64,000 bases of DNA from Takakia lepidozioides (GCA_030704615.1 CM060731.1:81468001-81532000), one strand, 5' to 3'. Positions 51,620-64,000 are shown, numbered from the stretch's first letter. The notes: generated by a model from the sequence alone, not told the origin. A program made the numbers and translations.

Positions 51620-52250
51620 TTATGCATAAATCATGTATACATTTGAATCATATATGAATATGAACAGTGTTTGCAATAGGTATATTTTTGTGTTTTGATG
51701 GATCAAATGTTATTTTTTATGGATGAATTTTGTCATTTGTGAATGAATATTGGAGTTGAAGGAATACAAGTGTAAAATCAATGATGGATAAACGATTCAA
51801 TGATAGAAAAGATATTTTAAAAATATTCATTATATATACATCATAAATATATAAGATGTATAAACGATAGTTGTATGGATATTTCATGTAAAACATAAAA
51901 TTATAATATATATCATTATAACTCATGGACACATAATGAAAGATGATTATTATTTTTTTTCATATTTGATTGTAAATATAACATGTACATTAGAAAAAAC
52001 TTAGGGGCATTCGAAAAAATGATCTATTGAATGTACACTTTTAGTCAATTCTATGTTCATTATGTAGGTTTTGGTGAATTTATATTTAAATTTTTCTCAC
52101 TTTTTTTTAAAGCAATATGCAAGTATCGTTAAAATATTAGCCAACGATTTTTTTAATAACGACGTCTTCAATGCGCCAATGGCCCCCGCTAGTACGGACC
52201 ATGGGATTAGTTTATAAGCCCACCGCCCATCCACTGGGTCCACCGGCTAG
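51620..52250 (+). mobile_element. Possible Helitron 3' ends
   Basis: AT-rich tract followed by two GC-rich imperfect hairpins, each ending in CTAG-T (52189-52192, 52247-52250). Confidence 0.3.
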
Positions 52251-52416
52251 TCTAGTCTATACCGGGCAAGCAAATCTGTTGCAGCCTATAAAACACATAA
52301 AAGATGTACTGGAAATGCACATAAAACATTAGGTATTTCCTTGAGGTACAAATGGTTCTTTGTGAAATTTTTCCAAATCCTTGTTCTTCTACGGCGACAG
52401 ACCTTCCAGCGGACTG

Positions 52417-53470
52417 TGTCAAGGATGAGAACATGACTGAATACAAACAAGAGATCAGACTAGAGGTACAAGACTAGACAAGAAGTCAAGGTCGGCGTAG
52501 CCGAATGCATGATGAGTAAACAGGACTCAAGATGATCTTTATAACAATGGACAATACTGGAACTCGACTTGAACACTAGAATGCTGGAAACTAGACTAGA
52601 GTGTCAGATACTGGAAACTGGGCTAGAGTACTGGAAGTTGAACTGGAGTTCTGGAACTGGAAACAAGAATAGCTTGAACTTGTGTTGGCGAGACTGAAGA
52701 GTGACCAGTCTCGCCTCCTATATATACTGGCTACTAGGAAGTTCCCTAATAAGCTTCCCCAATAGAGGTTTCTTGATGGAGAAGTTTTCTTAAACAAATG
52801 AGGTATCTTGATGGAGAAGTTTCCTCCAACGAAAGCTTCCTAAGCAGTTTCTCAAATTACTATCGGTAATTTGGTAAACTCCCGGTAACTTGGTAACTTA
52901 TGATAAATCATGGTAAATCACGGTAAATCATGGTAACTTTCAGGAACATGGTAACTTGAAAACTTCTGGTATTTACTCATGATAAGTTCATCTGGGCTAT
53001 ATCCGTGACATCACCCCCTCCTCTAGTACCGAGTTGATCCTCGAGAAGCATTAAAATCTTGGACTTGCTTAGAGTTGGAGAAAATCCAAAATCTGGCGAA
53101 TGGTACTTGTCAAGTATTCGGTTCTTCGTTCTTGACTCAAATGATTTATAGGTCCCTGCAACCATCGATAGTGTCCAACACCTTGAGCTTGGGACCACGT
53201 AGTGATTTGAGCATTCTGATTTTCGAACTGCCTTCAAACATGATTTCATTGCCTTCTGGGTTCGAAGCCTCAACCTCCAACAGGATTATCAGACTTTGAG
53301 TAAGCTCCACTTGCCGTCGTACGGGGTCCAGACGAGGAAGTACGCGTCGCATTGGTGGCCCACCGTCTCGAGAGCGTCGGTGTGATGTTGAAGGTCGCGA
53401 GAGTCGGAACGGCTGATCTGGTAGTTGGGTAAGCGACAACTCCAATGTATCTGGTTGCTGTGACTCCATG
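52417..53470 (-). mobile_element. 3' end of an LTR retrotransposon: LTR 53010-52417, PPT 53011-53025, decayed upstream ORF
   Basis: Minus strand reads AGAGGAGGGGGTGA then TGTCACGGA...TCCTTGACA. Confidence 0.75.
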
Positions 53471-53534
53471 CTATTATAGGGCTGTCTGGGACTTAGACAG
53501 AATCGGGGGATTTGTGGGTACCCATTTTGCGCAG

Positions 53535-53790
53535 CTGTGATACTTCATGGCTGTGTGATTACAACCCGACACAGGTCACACATGTCACAGTCACAGATTG
53601 TGACGACCTGTGATACTTCATGGCTGTGTGATCACAGCCCGACACAGGTCACACAGGTCATAGTCACAGGATATGACGACCTGTGACGCTTCATGACTAT
53701 ATGATCACAGCCTGACACATGTCACAGTCACAGGGTGTGACGACCTGTGATACTTCATGGCTGTGCGGACACAACTCGACACAGATCACA
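53535..53790. repeat. ~73 bp tandem repeat, about 3.5 copies
   Basis: ctgtgatacttcatggctgtgtgat..ca.cccgacacaggtcaca recurs. Confidence 0.9.
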
Positions 53791-54265
53791 GTTCATCACG
53801 GGCCACACATGCGTTGTTACCACGGATGGAGCACATGAAGCGGGAACACCACCAGTGGGCACACAATATAGTTACGAGCTGACTGGCGGTTAGAAGTACG
53901 GTTAGACGGTTATAGTTTGCAGGTGAAGAGCCAGCGGAAGGGGATGAGAATGATCGCTTCTGGGACATCGTTTTGGGGGGAGGATGAGCGCAGAAAGGGG
54001 GATCTTGAGCTTAGGGATGGAAAGCACATGAAGGAGGAGAGACACTCTGATGATGCTTGATACCTGCAAGCTGTAGAGAACGTACAGTAGAGCAGAATAG
54101 AGACACCATGGCTACGACCTGAAACATGATAGATGTAAATCTGATTCTTATTTCATACTCACACTGTGTAGAGAGATCTGAGTGAATCTGTGGAATTTGA
54201 GTAGATGGAACATGGTAGATTGCAGAAGCAATCTGATACTTAGTCATAGTCAGTAAGGTAACTTG

Positions 54266-54790
54266 CTAACATGAATGTTTGGTGGGAATGAAATGGCTCA
54301 TTTTACTGAACCTATCCACTACCACCATGATTGCATCAAATCCTTTTGACAATAGAAATAAGAAAGCACCCCCATGATACACTAGTTGTAGGTCATGATT
54401 GATTGTTTCTGAGCGGGATGAATATTTAGAGATATCCAACTCTTCTATCTTGGAGTTTCCACCTCGGATAGCGAAGGGATGGGTGAGTAAAAGCCGCTCG
54501 ACATTTGGCAACAATGACACTATGGACCTTTTACCCTTCTCCAGGGGTGTCAGGCTCGCACACGCATTGCAAACACAAACGAACGTGACCCGGTCTGGCT
54601 TCACCCCTTCCCGCATTATTTGCTCATACGTATCCGAACCACGCCCCCGCTGTGTATATCCTCTCCCTTCCTGCATCATTTGCTCAAGAATAAGCTCAAA
54701 GAAGCTGCATCAGTTGCTCAAGAATAGGTCGCAAAGCCTCAATCCCACGCCCCTGCATTGCATATCATGCGATCATCCCGTTCCATGACA
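54266..54790 (-). pseudogene. Chimera of a PPR fragment and a gypsy integrase fragment
   Basis: YEQIMREGVKPDRVTFVCVCNACASL..LEKGK is in frame with SKGFDAIMVVVDRFSKMSHFIPT. Confidence 0.75.
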
Positions 54791-55421
54791 CAAGTTCTCA
54801 CTACTTCAGCTCGATACTACGAAAACATATGGTAGCGCGGGAGACAAAAGGAGGCTAAGTCCCAGCCCTATGTGTTCACGGCTGAACGTGGGCAACCCTA
54901 AAACAATTTTTTTAATTTTTTTAACCTTTTGCACTTTGTGTCATTCAATTGACGCAAGTGCTTAGATGGATGAGGTCATCCAATAGATGAACCCATTCGT
55001 GTACATGCCTTAAGATGCCACGTGTAGTGATGTAGTCATATAAACATAGTTGTAAAACCTCATGTAGTCATGTAGTCATAAGCTTTTATGGCATGTTATC
55101 AATGCGTAGTAATGGTGTAGTCATTTAGTCATAAGCTTATATGGCACGTGTTTGACGTGTAGTAGTGCGTCTGACTACTAGTTATATAAACCAAGCCTAT
55201 GTGTTTGGTCAACAATGTTTGACCGCAGCTCCTAGTCATGTAGTAATATGTAATATGACTTCATTAGATTAAAATATGTTAAAATGCGCCCAACAATGGG
55301 TTTCATCACTATGTAGTCACATATATAGTCATGATTACCAAGGTTTATATCACCCGTAGTCATAAAAACGACAATCTGTACTAGTGCAATGACACATGAT
55401 GTGGTAATATTGCCCCAATGA

Positions 55422-57990
55422 CTACACAGGTGAGAAATCTTTCCAAGCCATTTCCATGACTTGGGGAATCTGCCCAAGAGGTAGAAGTACAGCATCATTA
55501 TAGGCCTGCTGAGCAAAAGTCTGTGGTGGTACAAATGGTTCATTCCAGACAGCAAGCTGAGTGTCTTGCGCTTGAGTGTCCAAATCCACAGATGGTACCT
55601 TAGGTGACTGTGATGTTGTAGCTCCTGTAGGCAAGTCTGGTTTAGCTTGTGCCTCGTTGACCTCCAATTGTTGGCGCTTCTCCATGCCAGAGATCAATTT
55701 ATCCACTTGAATCTGAAGAGTGTCCACGTCTTCCTGCAAATTAGCTATTGTAATATAGACTCTGTCAATAGTACTGGTGGCAATGTCATGTACTTGTTGT
55801 TGGAAATCTATGATTTCTTCCCTAGTTAATTTGCGAGGGACCTTGCCATCTACCGGCTCGCCGTTCAACCATAACTAAAGAATGTGATCGTCGACTTGCT
55901 GACGAGTAGAACTTCTCAGTTCTTGCTCCTCTTCGCATTGGAAGGCCTTCAGCTAGCGTTGTAAACTTTCCATTCTGGTCTTGTAAGAATTAACCAAAGA
56001 GCAAAAATACCCATTACACAGTCCGCTTCTTTTTGTCCTGTCTGAGCCTGTTCAACAGTGTCCTTCATGTTTTGAAGAACCAGTTGCAATTGTAGAATGG
56101 TCTGTGACCGATTGTCTTTTTGGATCTTCAACTCCTTAATTGTCCCGGCATTCATAGCAATGGTCTTCTCCATCTCAGCAATGCGTTCGGCTTGTTGGAT
56201 GGTTTGAATGTGAGCCTTTGCATACTGTGCTACTCTGTCCCTTACATCGCCATGCGCGGTCTCCAAAACAGACTTCAACTCAGCATTATGCATGCTAAGG
56301 TGGTGATTAGCTTTGACCAACTCATCATTGAGTAGCTTCTCCCCAGAAAGAACAGCTTCATGGTTAGTCTGCAGGGTCATCAACTGCTGGTGGTGAACAC
56401 CCTGCTATTCCTCCATCTCCAGACCCATCTTGACCAAATTTGCTTTCTCAACCTGTAGAGCTGCCTGAGACTCTTCCAGGCTTGTCAACAATTTTATACT
56501 CGTCTCCTCATCAAGTCGGGCCTCCCGTTCTGTTGCAAGCCTCGACTGAAATTCATTTTTAAGTTCCTCCCTCAATGCTGCTAACTGTTGCAGGGGAACA
56601 TGAGTCTTAAGAAACTTCCCCAGAAGGTTAAGAGTTCTATTCACAGAACTCAGGAGCATGGCTTGCTGAGGATCTCCCTGTACTCCCTGTGATCCATTGA
56701 CTTGATGCTCTGCAGCTCTATATGTCATAAACCAGTCCGGCTAAGTATCCAGTTGACTGTGATTCTGCTCTTCATGAGGTACTTTAGCTTTTCCCTTAGC
56801 TTCTTCTTTGGCCACCTGCACCTCAGGGCCCACTTGCTCTTCCACAACTACATCAATCTTAGACAATTGTGCTTTTGCCTTGGTTTTTCGAGGTTTAATA
56901 TTGGAAACCAGCCTTTATTTGAAGGGAACCGTCTCATATATGAGATCTCCACTAGCAATCTCTACTTGAATCTGCTCACAAGTAGGAATAGAATCCGCCA
57001 GCCCCGTGGAGAGAGGGTCAAGATCTACAACTGAACCCTCAACTGTAACCCGAGTACCTGGCTGGGATGGCTGTGGCTGTGAGTTGACATCTTCTTCCTC
57101 TATAGCCATCTGGTGAGCCTTGCTGTAAGGAACTTTGTGGCTCTGTGGCCACCACCTCAGGAACTGCGCCCATTTGTTCCTCACCCACCAGACTGTCTTC
57201 TTCCACCAAATCGATCACATGTGGTTGTGGTCTTGTATTTGGTGTGAAAGATGTCGTCTTCTGACGCTTTGTCTTACCATGTCCCTCCAATCCACCTTCA
57301 CTGTGTGAAAATCCTTGATCCTCCACCACAGTGGTTGGCATGACAAGCTCGCCCATGGCCTTGCGTTCCTTCACAGAGAGTTGGCACGAAGCCAGGATGG
57401 ATGGGCAATCACAGGGGCAGAAACAATGATTGGGGGTTTACTATTGGGCTTCTTCTCCTGAAGTGTCTTCAACTCCTTCACTAACCTTTTGTACATCATC
57501 TCAGCCCACAACACATCTTCCCCTTTCAGAGACCTGATGATTTCTTCCACGAAAATTTTGCTGAGATACATTTGATTGTGCTTTCATGTTAAACAAAACA
57601 TTAAGCACTTGACCCATCTTTCTCAGATCTGAATACTTTGCCTTCGTGCATGTGTATCCCTGAGTGGTAGAAAAAGCTCTCTTCTCAAACAGGTCTGAAA
57701 TCTGCAACTCCTCCAGTCCTTTCCTATCAGGTTGTTTCCCTACTGGCAGCTCAAAAACTTCCTGCAGCCTCTCTGGAGTGAGTCGTATAACCACGCCCTT
57801 AACTATCGTAGTGTCTGTCATGGAATCGAAATTGCTAACAAACTCAATCATTAACTCCCTATGATGCAAAGTCCAGTCTTTGTGCAAAAGATCCTTCAAA
57901 CCCAATTTCTTCAACAGAGCAACCGCTTCCGGGGTGGCCATACTCTTCTTGTGTAGCACGACACCGCTCTTCACCTTCATGTCATCCATC
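55422..57990 (-). pseudogene. Retrotransposon-associated accessory ORF (putative plant transposon protein domain plus long coiled coil), frameshifted
   Basis: LGLKDLL...ELMIEFVSNF....IVKGVVIRLTPERLQEVFELP, followed by WAEMMY and heptad-rich segments across chained ORFs. Confidence 0.55.
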
Positions 57991-58199
57991 ACGTGCTTCA
58001 TTTCAAGTAAACATGGTGGGCTTGATTGGAATAATTGCAAGAAACTCTGCAACGCACAAAGCATGAAAGTATGATTAGCACACAAAGGCAATGGCAACGC
58101 CTTGTAAGCTCCCGGCGCTTGCAAACAACGCGTAAGTGAGAAACCCCGTCTTTCCTGTTCATCGTGGTGCCACTGTGTGAGCAACAAAGCGACTGTGTA

Positions 58200-58889
58200 G
58201 GGGGGCCATACGATCATGGTTGAGTATTGACAGGAAATGGGGGAATGATCGGGATAACATGGAGTTAATGGAACGATGGGGGACGGAGCAGGAAATGCAG
58301 GAGGTCAACCGACTAATTTGATTCCGACAGAATCGCACGCAATTGGCATGGGCGCTTTTGCACATCATGCTCAACGTCCATAATCATCACCTCTTGCACA
58401 ACGACATGTCCCCCGACAACATCTTGTTGCATTTTCCACAATGGTCTGAAGATGTGTACATCGGGGTATGCAATTAGGGGATGGCCTCCACGACGGATGA
58501 CCCAAAAACCACGTTGTACATTTTCGAGAGCAGAGACAAGATGATAAAGAGTCTCGCACGTAGATGGTGGATTGCACCTGAAATTGCAATTGTTCATAAT
58601 GTAGCCAACAACCAGTCAGATGACACACCTCGTAGGCCCCCTCTAACCGTGCCATCAGAGACCTTTGCAATTGGGAAGATAGCCCAGGCAATAAATGGGG
58701 GTAACACGCGATGCAAGCCTATTCAACGATATGTCTACAGGAACATGTTTTGCTTCGGCTCTAGAAAACTTGTGTGTAAACACAGTAGAGTTGCAGTACA
58801 AACTAGAAAATGTTGTGAAGCGTTTCATGACGGGGTTATTCAATTGGCCTGAGCCCAAAAATTGTTGGAGGATGGATATAAACTTGTAG
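58200..58889 (+). pseudogene. Protein-kinase-like C-lobe
   Basis: LLHNDMSPDNILLHF (catalytic loop, 58391 onward), VYIGVCN*GMAS (DFG position, apparently mutated DWG) and RWWIAPE in the correct order. Confidence 0.8.
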
Positions 58890-59269
58890 ACCTCTGACTG
58901 TACATCATGTTTGAATAAATGTTGTTTTCAATTGTGTTTGTCTCGTACCATCATGTTTTAATGGTTTGTTACTTGGCCATGGCACCTGGGTCCATCATAT
59001 GGGATAATCAAGCACCACACCCACGAATCTTGAAGAGTGACAGTGTACATGACGCAGATGACATAGCAGCCGAGCGCTCAAATCTCCTGGGTCAGAGGCA
59101 TTGGCCTTGTAGCGACTGAGAAGTCCACACGACAGTTCTGGATGCATAGCTTCTTCTGCTCCGAATGGGTGAGAGCGTGGTAGTTCATGATCGTTGTCCG
59201 AATCATTGCGCCCCATAAATCCACAATCTTATGCCCTCTAAATCATTTTATTTAATAAAAATCCAGTTC

Positions 59270-59830
59270 AATTCAAAATTGGATGAAAAGGTGAACGGAA
59301 ATTTCCCCAAACACATGATATTTTATTGCTCCGAAACTTTGCAAGTGTCTTCTACATGCCCCCTTACACGTCTTTGAGAAGTATGACATCAATCTAAAAA
59401 GGTTTAAAGGGTGAACCAATTGTCCCCCTACCAAATGATTTTAAATTGATTTGAAACTTTGCAAGTGTCTTGTACATGCCCTCTTACAGGTCTTTCACAA
59501 GTTTCAAGTCAATCTAAAATGGTTGAAAGGGTGAATCAATCATGAACATATCAAATGATTTTTGAGTGCTTTGAAGCTTTGCAAGTGTCTTTCTCATGCC
59601 ATCTTAAAGGTATCGAACAAGTATGAGGTCAGTCAAATATGGTTGAAAGGGTGAACCAATTGTTCCCCTATCAAATGATTTTACATTGCTTTGAAGCTTT
59701 GCAAGTGTCTGCCACATGCCCTCTTACAGGCAGGCTTACAAGTACCGGACAAGTATGACGTGAATAAAAAATGGTTGAAAGGGTGAACCAATCATTCCGC
59801 TATCAAATAATTTTATATTGCTTTGGATGT
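59270..59830. repeat. ~120 bp tandem repeat, about 4.5 copies
   Basis: ggttgaaagggtgaaccaat...caaatgatttt...gaaactttgcaagtgtct recurs every ~120 bp. Confidence 0.9.
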
Positions 59831-60044
59831 CATTGCTTTGGTAATTCTAGCCCCCTAATGGCCCATTCTAACCCTTGAATTACAATTCAAAATGCAAATC
59901 AAGCCCTTAAAATTGGTAATGCCAGTCCCTAAAATGGCCAACTCCGGCCGCCCCTCAAATTGTAATTTGAGCCCTTGAAATTGTCAATTGAATGTATTCC
60001 GTTGGATCTGCTATTACTTTGGGACCTGTTGGACTGCGTTTTGC

Positions 60045-60716
60045 ATGCTCATGATTGTTTTTCATTCCATTTTTGAATGGGGCGTGTAATGACTCCATAT
60101 GCAACGTGCGTGCCAAATTTGGGAGCGAACAAAATTCATTTGGACCCAAAACCACAGTTTCTTATCTGTTTTGCACTCCAAACTTGATTTGTATTCTACT
60201 TCATGCACTCTTCATAGAGTGTTCTGCAATAGTGAGCGAAGAGAAAACTTTTTTTTTGGGGCATTTTTTATTGGTCCAAATTTTGGCGGGGGAGTTGCGG
60301 TGGGATGCTTGAAGCCGCAGAACAAAATTGAGCCAAAAACAAAATCGATACGTGCCAAATATCCCCAATGAAAGGCAGTGCAAACCTATTTATTGGTTTA
60401 AAATTAATTTAAATTCAATTAAATTCTGGAATGGCTTGAGGGGTGAGCGCGTCTCCAGGCATGTTCCAACCTTGCATTGACGCAAGGTTGGATGTAGGTC
60501 CTGAAGAACAGTATTTTTTGAAATTTCTCTGCACGTAGAAGTACATTTTCCGTTCATTCTCTTCTTCTCCACTATCTCTTCGTTTCAAATTCTGCTTCTC
60601 AATAATCATTTTACAGACTCATTTCAACCTTGCGTTAACGCAAGGTCGTTTGAGACTTGATTTTAGCTGCAAATTTAAGTCAATGCATTGTCCAGCCTTG
60701 CATTGTCGCAAGGTTG
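60045..60716 (+). repeat. Second copy of the conserved block plus three 24 bp palindromes
   Basis: Homologous to 6610-7025; palindromes start at 60467, 60625 and 60693. Confidence 0.85.
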
Positions 60717-60874
60717 TACAATGCTCATAATAGACCAATTTTGTGTTTTCATTGCTGGTTTTGGCAATTCGTTGGGATGCCTCAAACAAGATCGAGGTAC
60801 TTTGTTTTTGCAGCTTCTAAGTGTCTGCTGGACAATGGCCTTCACTCTATTGTTCATTTGGGTGTGTTTTCCAG

Positions 60875-62572
60875 GTACATATACCATGTCCTCATTCCCG
60901 GCAAGTACCTCAGTGATGAACCGGATTTCATTTTCATGTGGGCGGACCCCACTAAAGACAAGACAATGTGCACTGCAGGAATCGCGAAGGACTGGGGCAG
61001 GGTGCACTTCAGAGATTGTGGCTGGTACTTGGACTTGCCAAAACAGGACACACCGTTCAAGGAGGTGGTCATGCGCAACTTCAATGACAATGCAGCAGCT
61101 CTTGCACCACTCAGTGACAAGGAAATTCAGGAGAGAATAATTCAAACTCTCGCAGCAAAAGAGCCGGAGAAAAGTAGCACTCCCAAACGCAAAGGGAAGG
61201 GCGCAGGTGATGGGAAGGGTAAGGGGAAGATTATGGCTGGGTAGGAACAGGCTGTGTAGGACACCACGGAGCGTCAGCCCTCCCCAACTCGCAAGGACAG
61301 GAGAACTCCGAAAGAACAACCTTACGAGGCCAGAGAGCACCTTTCTCGGGTTTTGGGTCAGTTTAAAAGTGAGGTGATTAACGAGAGCTTCTTGGCAATG
61401 ATGGAATCCAAAAAATCCACATTCAAAGGAGAGAGATTGAAGACTTGGGACATCCTGGTTTCTTTTAAGGTACCCACACAAAACTTTGTCTGGTGTGTTT
61501 TTTACTTTGTTCAAGATTGTGTTGTGCTCCTAACTAGTCCACTGTTTTTGTTATGTGGAACAGGTCACCAAAAGACCTGAATGGGTGAATGGAAGCCAGC
61601 AAGCGTATGTAACAGACCTGGTGGTGCTGGACATTCCAGATGGTCTGCCTGTGCCGGATGTCCTCCCATCGAACACAACGCCATCGTGGAACAAGTCCGA
61701 TACCCTCTTCTGGCAGTGGGTTTTTTCCTTCAGTAACAAATTTTTGTCTGATGCAAGAGCACTTCTTCTTTTGCAGTCAAAAGACATGGTGGCGCGCAGA
61801 ACCCTTTTCAGTTATATGAAGGCTTCCGGATTCAAGGTCATCAAAACATGGACGTGTATCAACACTGTTCCACTTTCCAAGGGAGAGTTCCCAGAACAGA
61901 GGGTGAGTTCAGGATGGTGAACTGCCTCTTCTTATAATTTCATTCTCTTCAGTTCATTATGCATGTTCGAGAACTGAGTGTTTTGGGGGGGCAATGCAGA
62001 CTCGGGTGTTCGAGGCCTTATGCTTGGTGAGGATGCGAAAGGACACCCTCCCTCCTGGTATTGCGGAGTTCCAGTTGAGAGACCTTGCAACACACATCGA
62101 CCCCAGCTGCGAGCCTGTGGGGGACGATGTCCTGTACAATTACGTGGACTCCGGGCGGACCATCAAAAGACGAATGGTGTCCTTGGAGAGGTGCTCGGGA
62201 GAAATCTCCAGCATTCATGCAGACTCTGGTGGAGACTTGCAGCCGACAAGGGGGGCGGATGGTAGACTTGTCTTTGGGAAGAAGTTTGCCCTGCCAAGTC
62301 TCCTGCTCTGCCGTATCTATGATCTTGAATTTTGTAATGATTGTTGGTTTTTTAACCATTCGTTCTGTGCATTTGCAGGTGCAACATTCCATGCCTGTAA
62401 GAGCGCCGGTAGACACTTCCTCGGCATGGAGGGGGATGCGGAGCTGTTTTCATGCGAGATTAAACAACTCACCTCCGGCTCGGCATCGGCCCCACACAAG
62501 GAAACAGTTTTTGACGAACGGGAACTTCCAGATGAAGACCTTGACGTGGACTCCGACTTTGAGTGTACGTAA
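60875..62572 (+). pseudogene. Spliced beta-class amino-DNA-methyltransferase-like (N6_N4_Mtase) gene; exons ~60875-61469, 61564-61902, 62000-62283, 62379-62572
   Basis: TDLVVLDIPDG (motif IV, DPPY-like) comes first. PWRGAREKSPAFMQTLVETCSRQGGRMVDLSLG + ATFHACKSAGRHFLGMEGDAELF then matches KP..L...L....S..G..V.DPF.GSGTT..A....GR..IG.E.D. Introns are GT-AG; there are stops in exon 1 and a frameshift near 62175. Confidence 0.75.
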
Positions 62573-63412
62573 GTCCGGTTTGTTTTGGATGACATGTCGG
62601 ATTTTTCATTTTTTCAGACCTTCATTTTTGTCACAACCGCGGTCCTGTCTTTCTGCTTACTGGGCTTGCAACTTTGGGAATCTTTGCAGGACACCAGAAA
62701 CGAGGAGAAGCATCCCTTTTATGCTAACCGGAATTTTTTCCGAGCCCAACTGCCCCCCTGCAGTTGCCATGCTATGCGGAGGCTGCCGCTAGGGAGTTTA
62801 CTCTCTGTGACTCTCCCCCTCTAGTTTGCTTCAATCGTATAGAAAATGTGGACAGCAGGGCTAGGATCTTTATGGACATTAGTGCGTCGGAGTCCGGTGC
62901 TACCACAAGTTCCAGTACATAGACATTTTCCGATTGGTTCCACCTGTTTGACAATATCTAGGGAATCAATTGTGAGGAGATTGCTCTCTTCCTTCAACTG
63001 CGTGCCTCCCTTCCCAACATTGTCTACATAAGCCATTTTCTGGACATAAAATTTGTCATCTGCACTTGCTAGTCCATTCATACAATCTCTGTGGGTCCAC
63101 AATACTTCCACGTACGTATCTTGTTCATGCATCCAAAACATAAGTCCATCCATCAACTGTCCGAAATTCTACCATTCCAAATTTGTCACTCCGTCATTCA
63201 TCCAATCGTCCAGCATATATCATCCATCATCCGCCCCACACTCAGCCATCATGCATGTAACATCCAACCAATATCCATCCACCATCCATCCAATATTTCT
63301 CATCCATCCACCATTCAGGCAAATGATTTATTCGTCTATTCATTTATTCGTGATTAATCGTTACTCGTTTAACGAGTAGTTCGGGGGTCAAATGATATTT
63401 GATTCATTCCAA

Positions 63413-64000
63413 TGTTACAGGTGCTAGACAAGAATGAGGTGACCAGGCCAACTCGGAGCTTCGGCTGCTCACTGGGACATAACGGTCCCCCTTTGCTCCT
63501 CCACAAGACCCTCGCTCACTTTGGGCCTAGTGGAAATTCCCTTTGGTTGTTGGCAGTCCGGAACAGCTCCCCACACCTTGGTCGCTTTCCGGCTCGCACG
63601 CTTACTCACTAGTTTTTGGTCATCAACGGGCTTGCACCGTTCTCGGGGTTACTACTCCCTATATATACTTCAGTGACTGTCCGCGGGGGTTTCACAAACA
63701 ACCCAATCATTTTATGGCGAACCGCCACGAAGACCCTCGATTCCCGGTGATGAGTCGCGGTGAGTCTTGGCCCACCTACCACGGCCCCATTGGACCGTGA
63801 TGAGTCCCAAGACTCCCCACGACTCCCACCACAAGGTCTCCACCCCATGGTGAGTCCTATGCCACCCCCACTAAGCTACCACCACCCCTCGTGGACCCAC
63901 CCCCACCGCAACCCGGTGTGCGGGGCTCCACCTAGTGAGCACCTCCGCCTCCTTGAGTGCCTTGGGCACTCAATGGTGCTTCAGCCCCCGTACCTATTAT
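63413..64000. mobile_element. Probable LTR start (runs off the window)
   Basis: Abrupt TGTTACA start, a TATA-like cctatatata, and short internal repeats. Confidence 0.4.

Noticed and set aside
60675-61514. 279 aa minus-strand ORF as a real gene
   Set aside because: It is the antisense shadow of the spliced plus-strand MTase-like gene and has no motifs.

Overview
Eukaryotic nuclear DNA from a seed-free land plant. Many PLS-class PPR fragments and bryophyte-type TEs suggest a bryophyte such as a hornwort, but the taxon is inferred. The window is a TE-dense, largely pseudogenised mosaic. It holds CACTA/CMC-type ends and ORFs, a GCM-domain Mutator-like DDE transposase, a hAT transposase, Ty3/gypsy gag/integrase/LTR pieces, two non-LTR fragments, several tandem arrays and many captured host gene pieces (PPR, RPN8 3' exons, pantothenate kinase, F-box/kelch, GT2-like, RING-H2, P4-ATPase). 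The most striking signal is a set of chromatin/signalling cargo genes in transposon context: a spliced beta-class amino (N4-C/N6-A) DNA methyltransferase-like gene (~60.9-62.6 kb), a protein-kinase-like ORF (~58.2-58.9 kb) and a SET-domain gene (~4.3-5.8 kb). The 6.6-9.0 kb and 59.3-60.7 kb regions share a ~420 bp non-coding block, a related ~120 bp repeat and a 24 bp palindrome. This suggests two remnants of one large cargo-carrying DNA transposon family. All domain calls are by-eye motif recognition; no searches were run.
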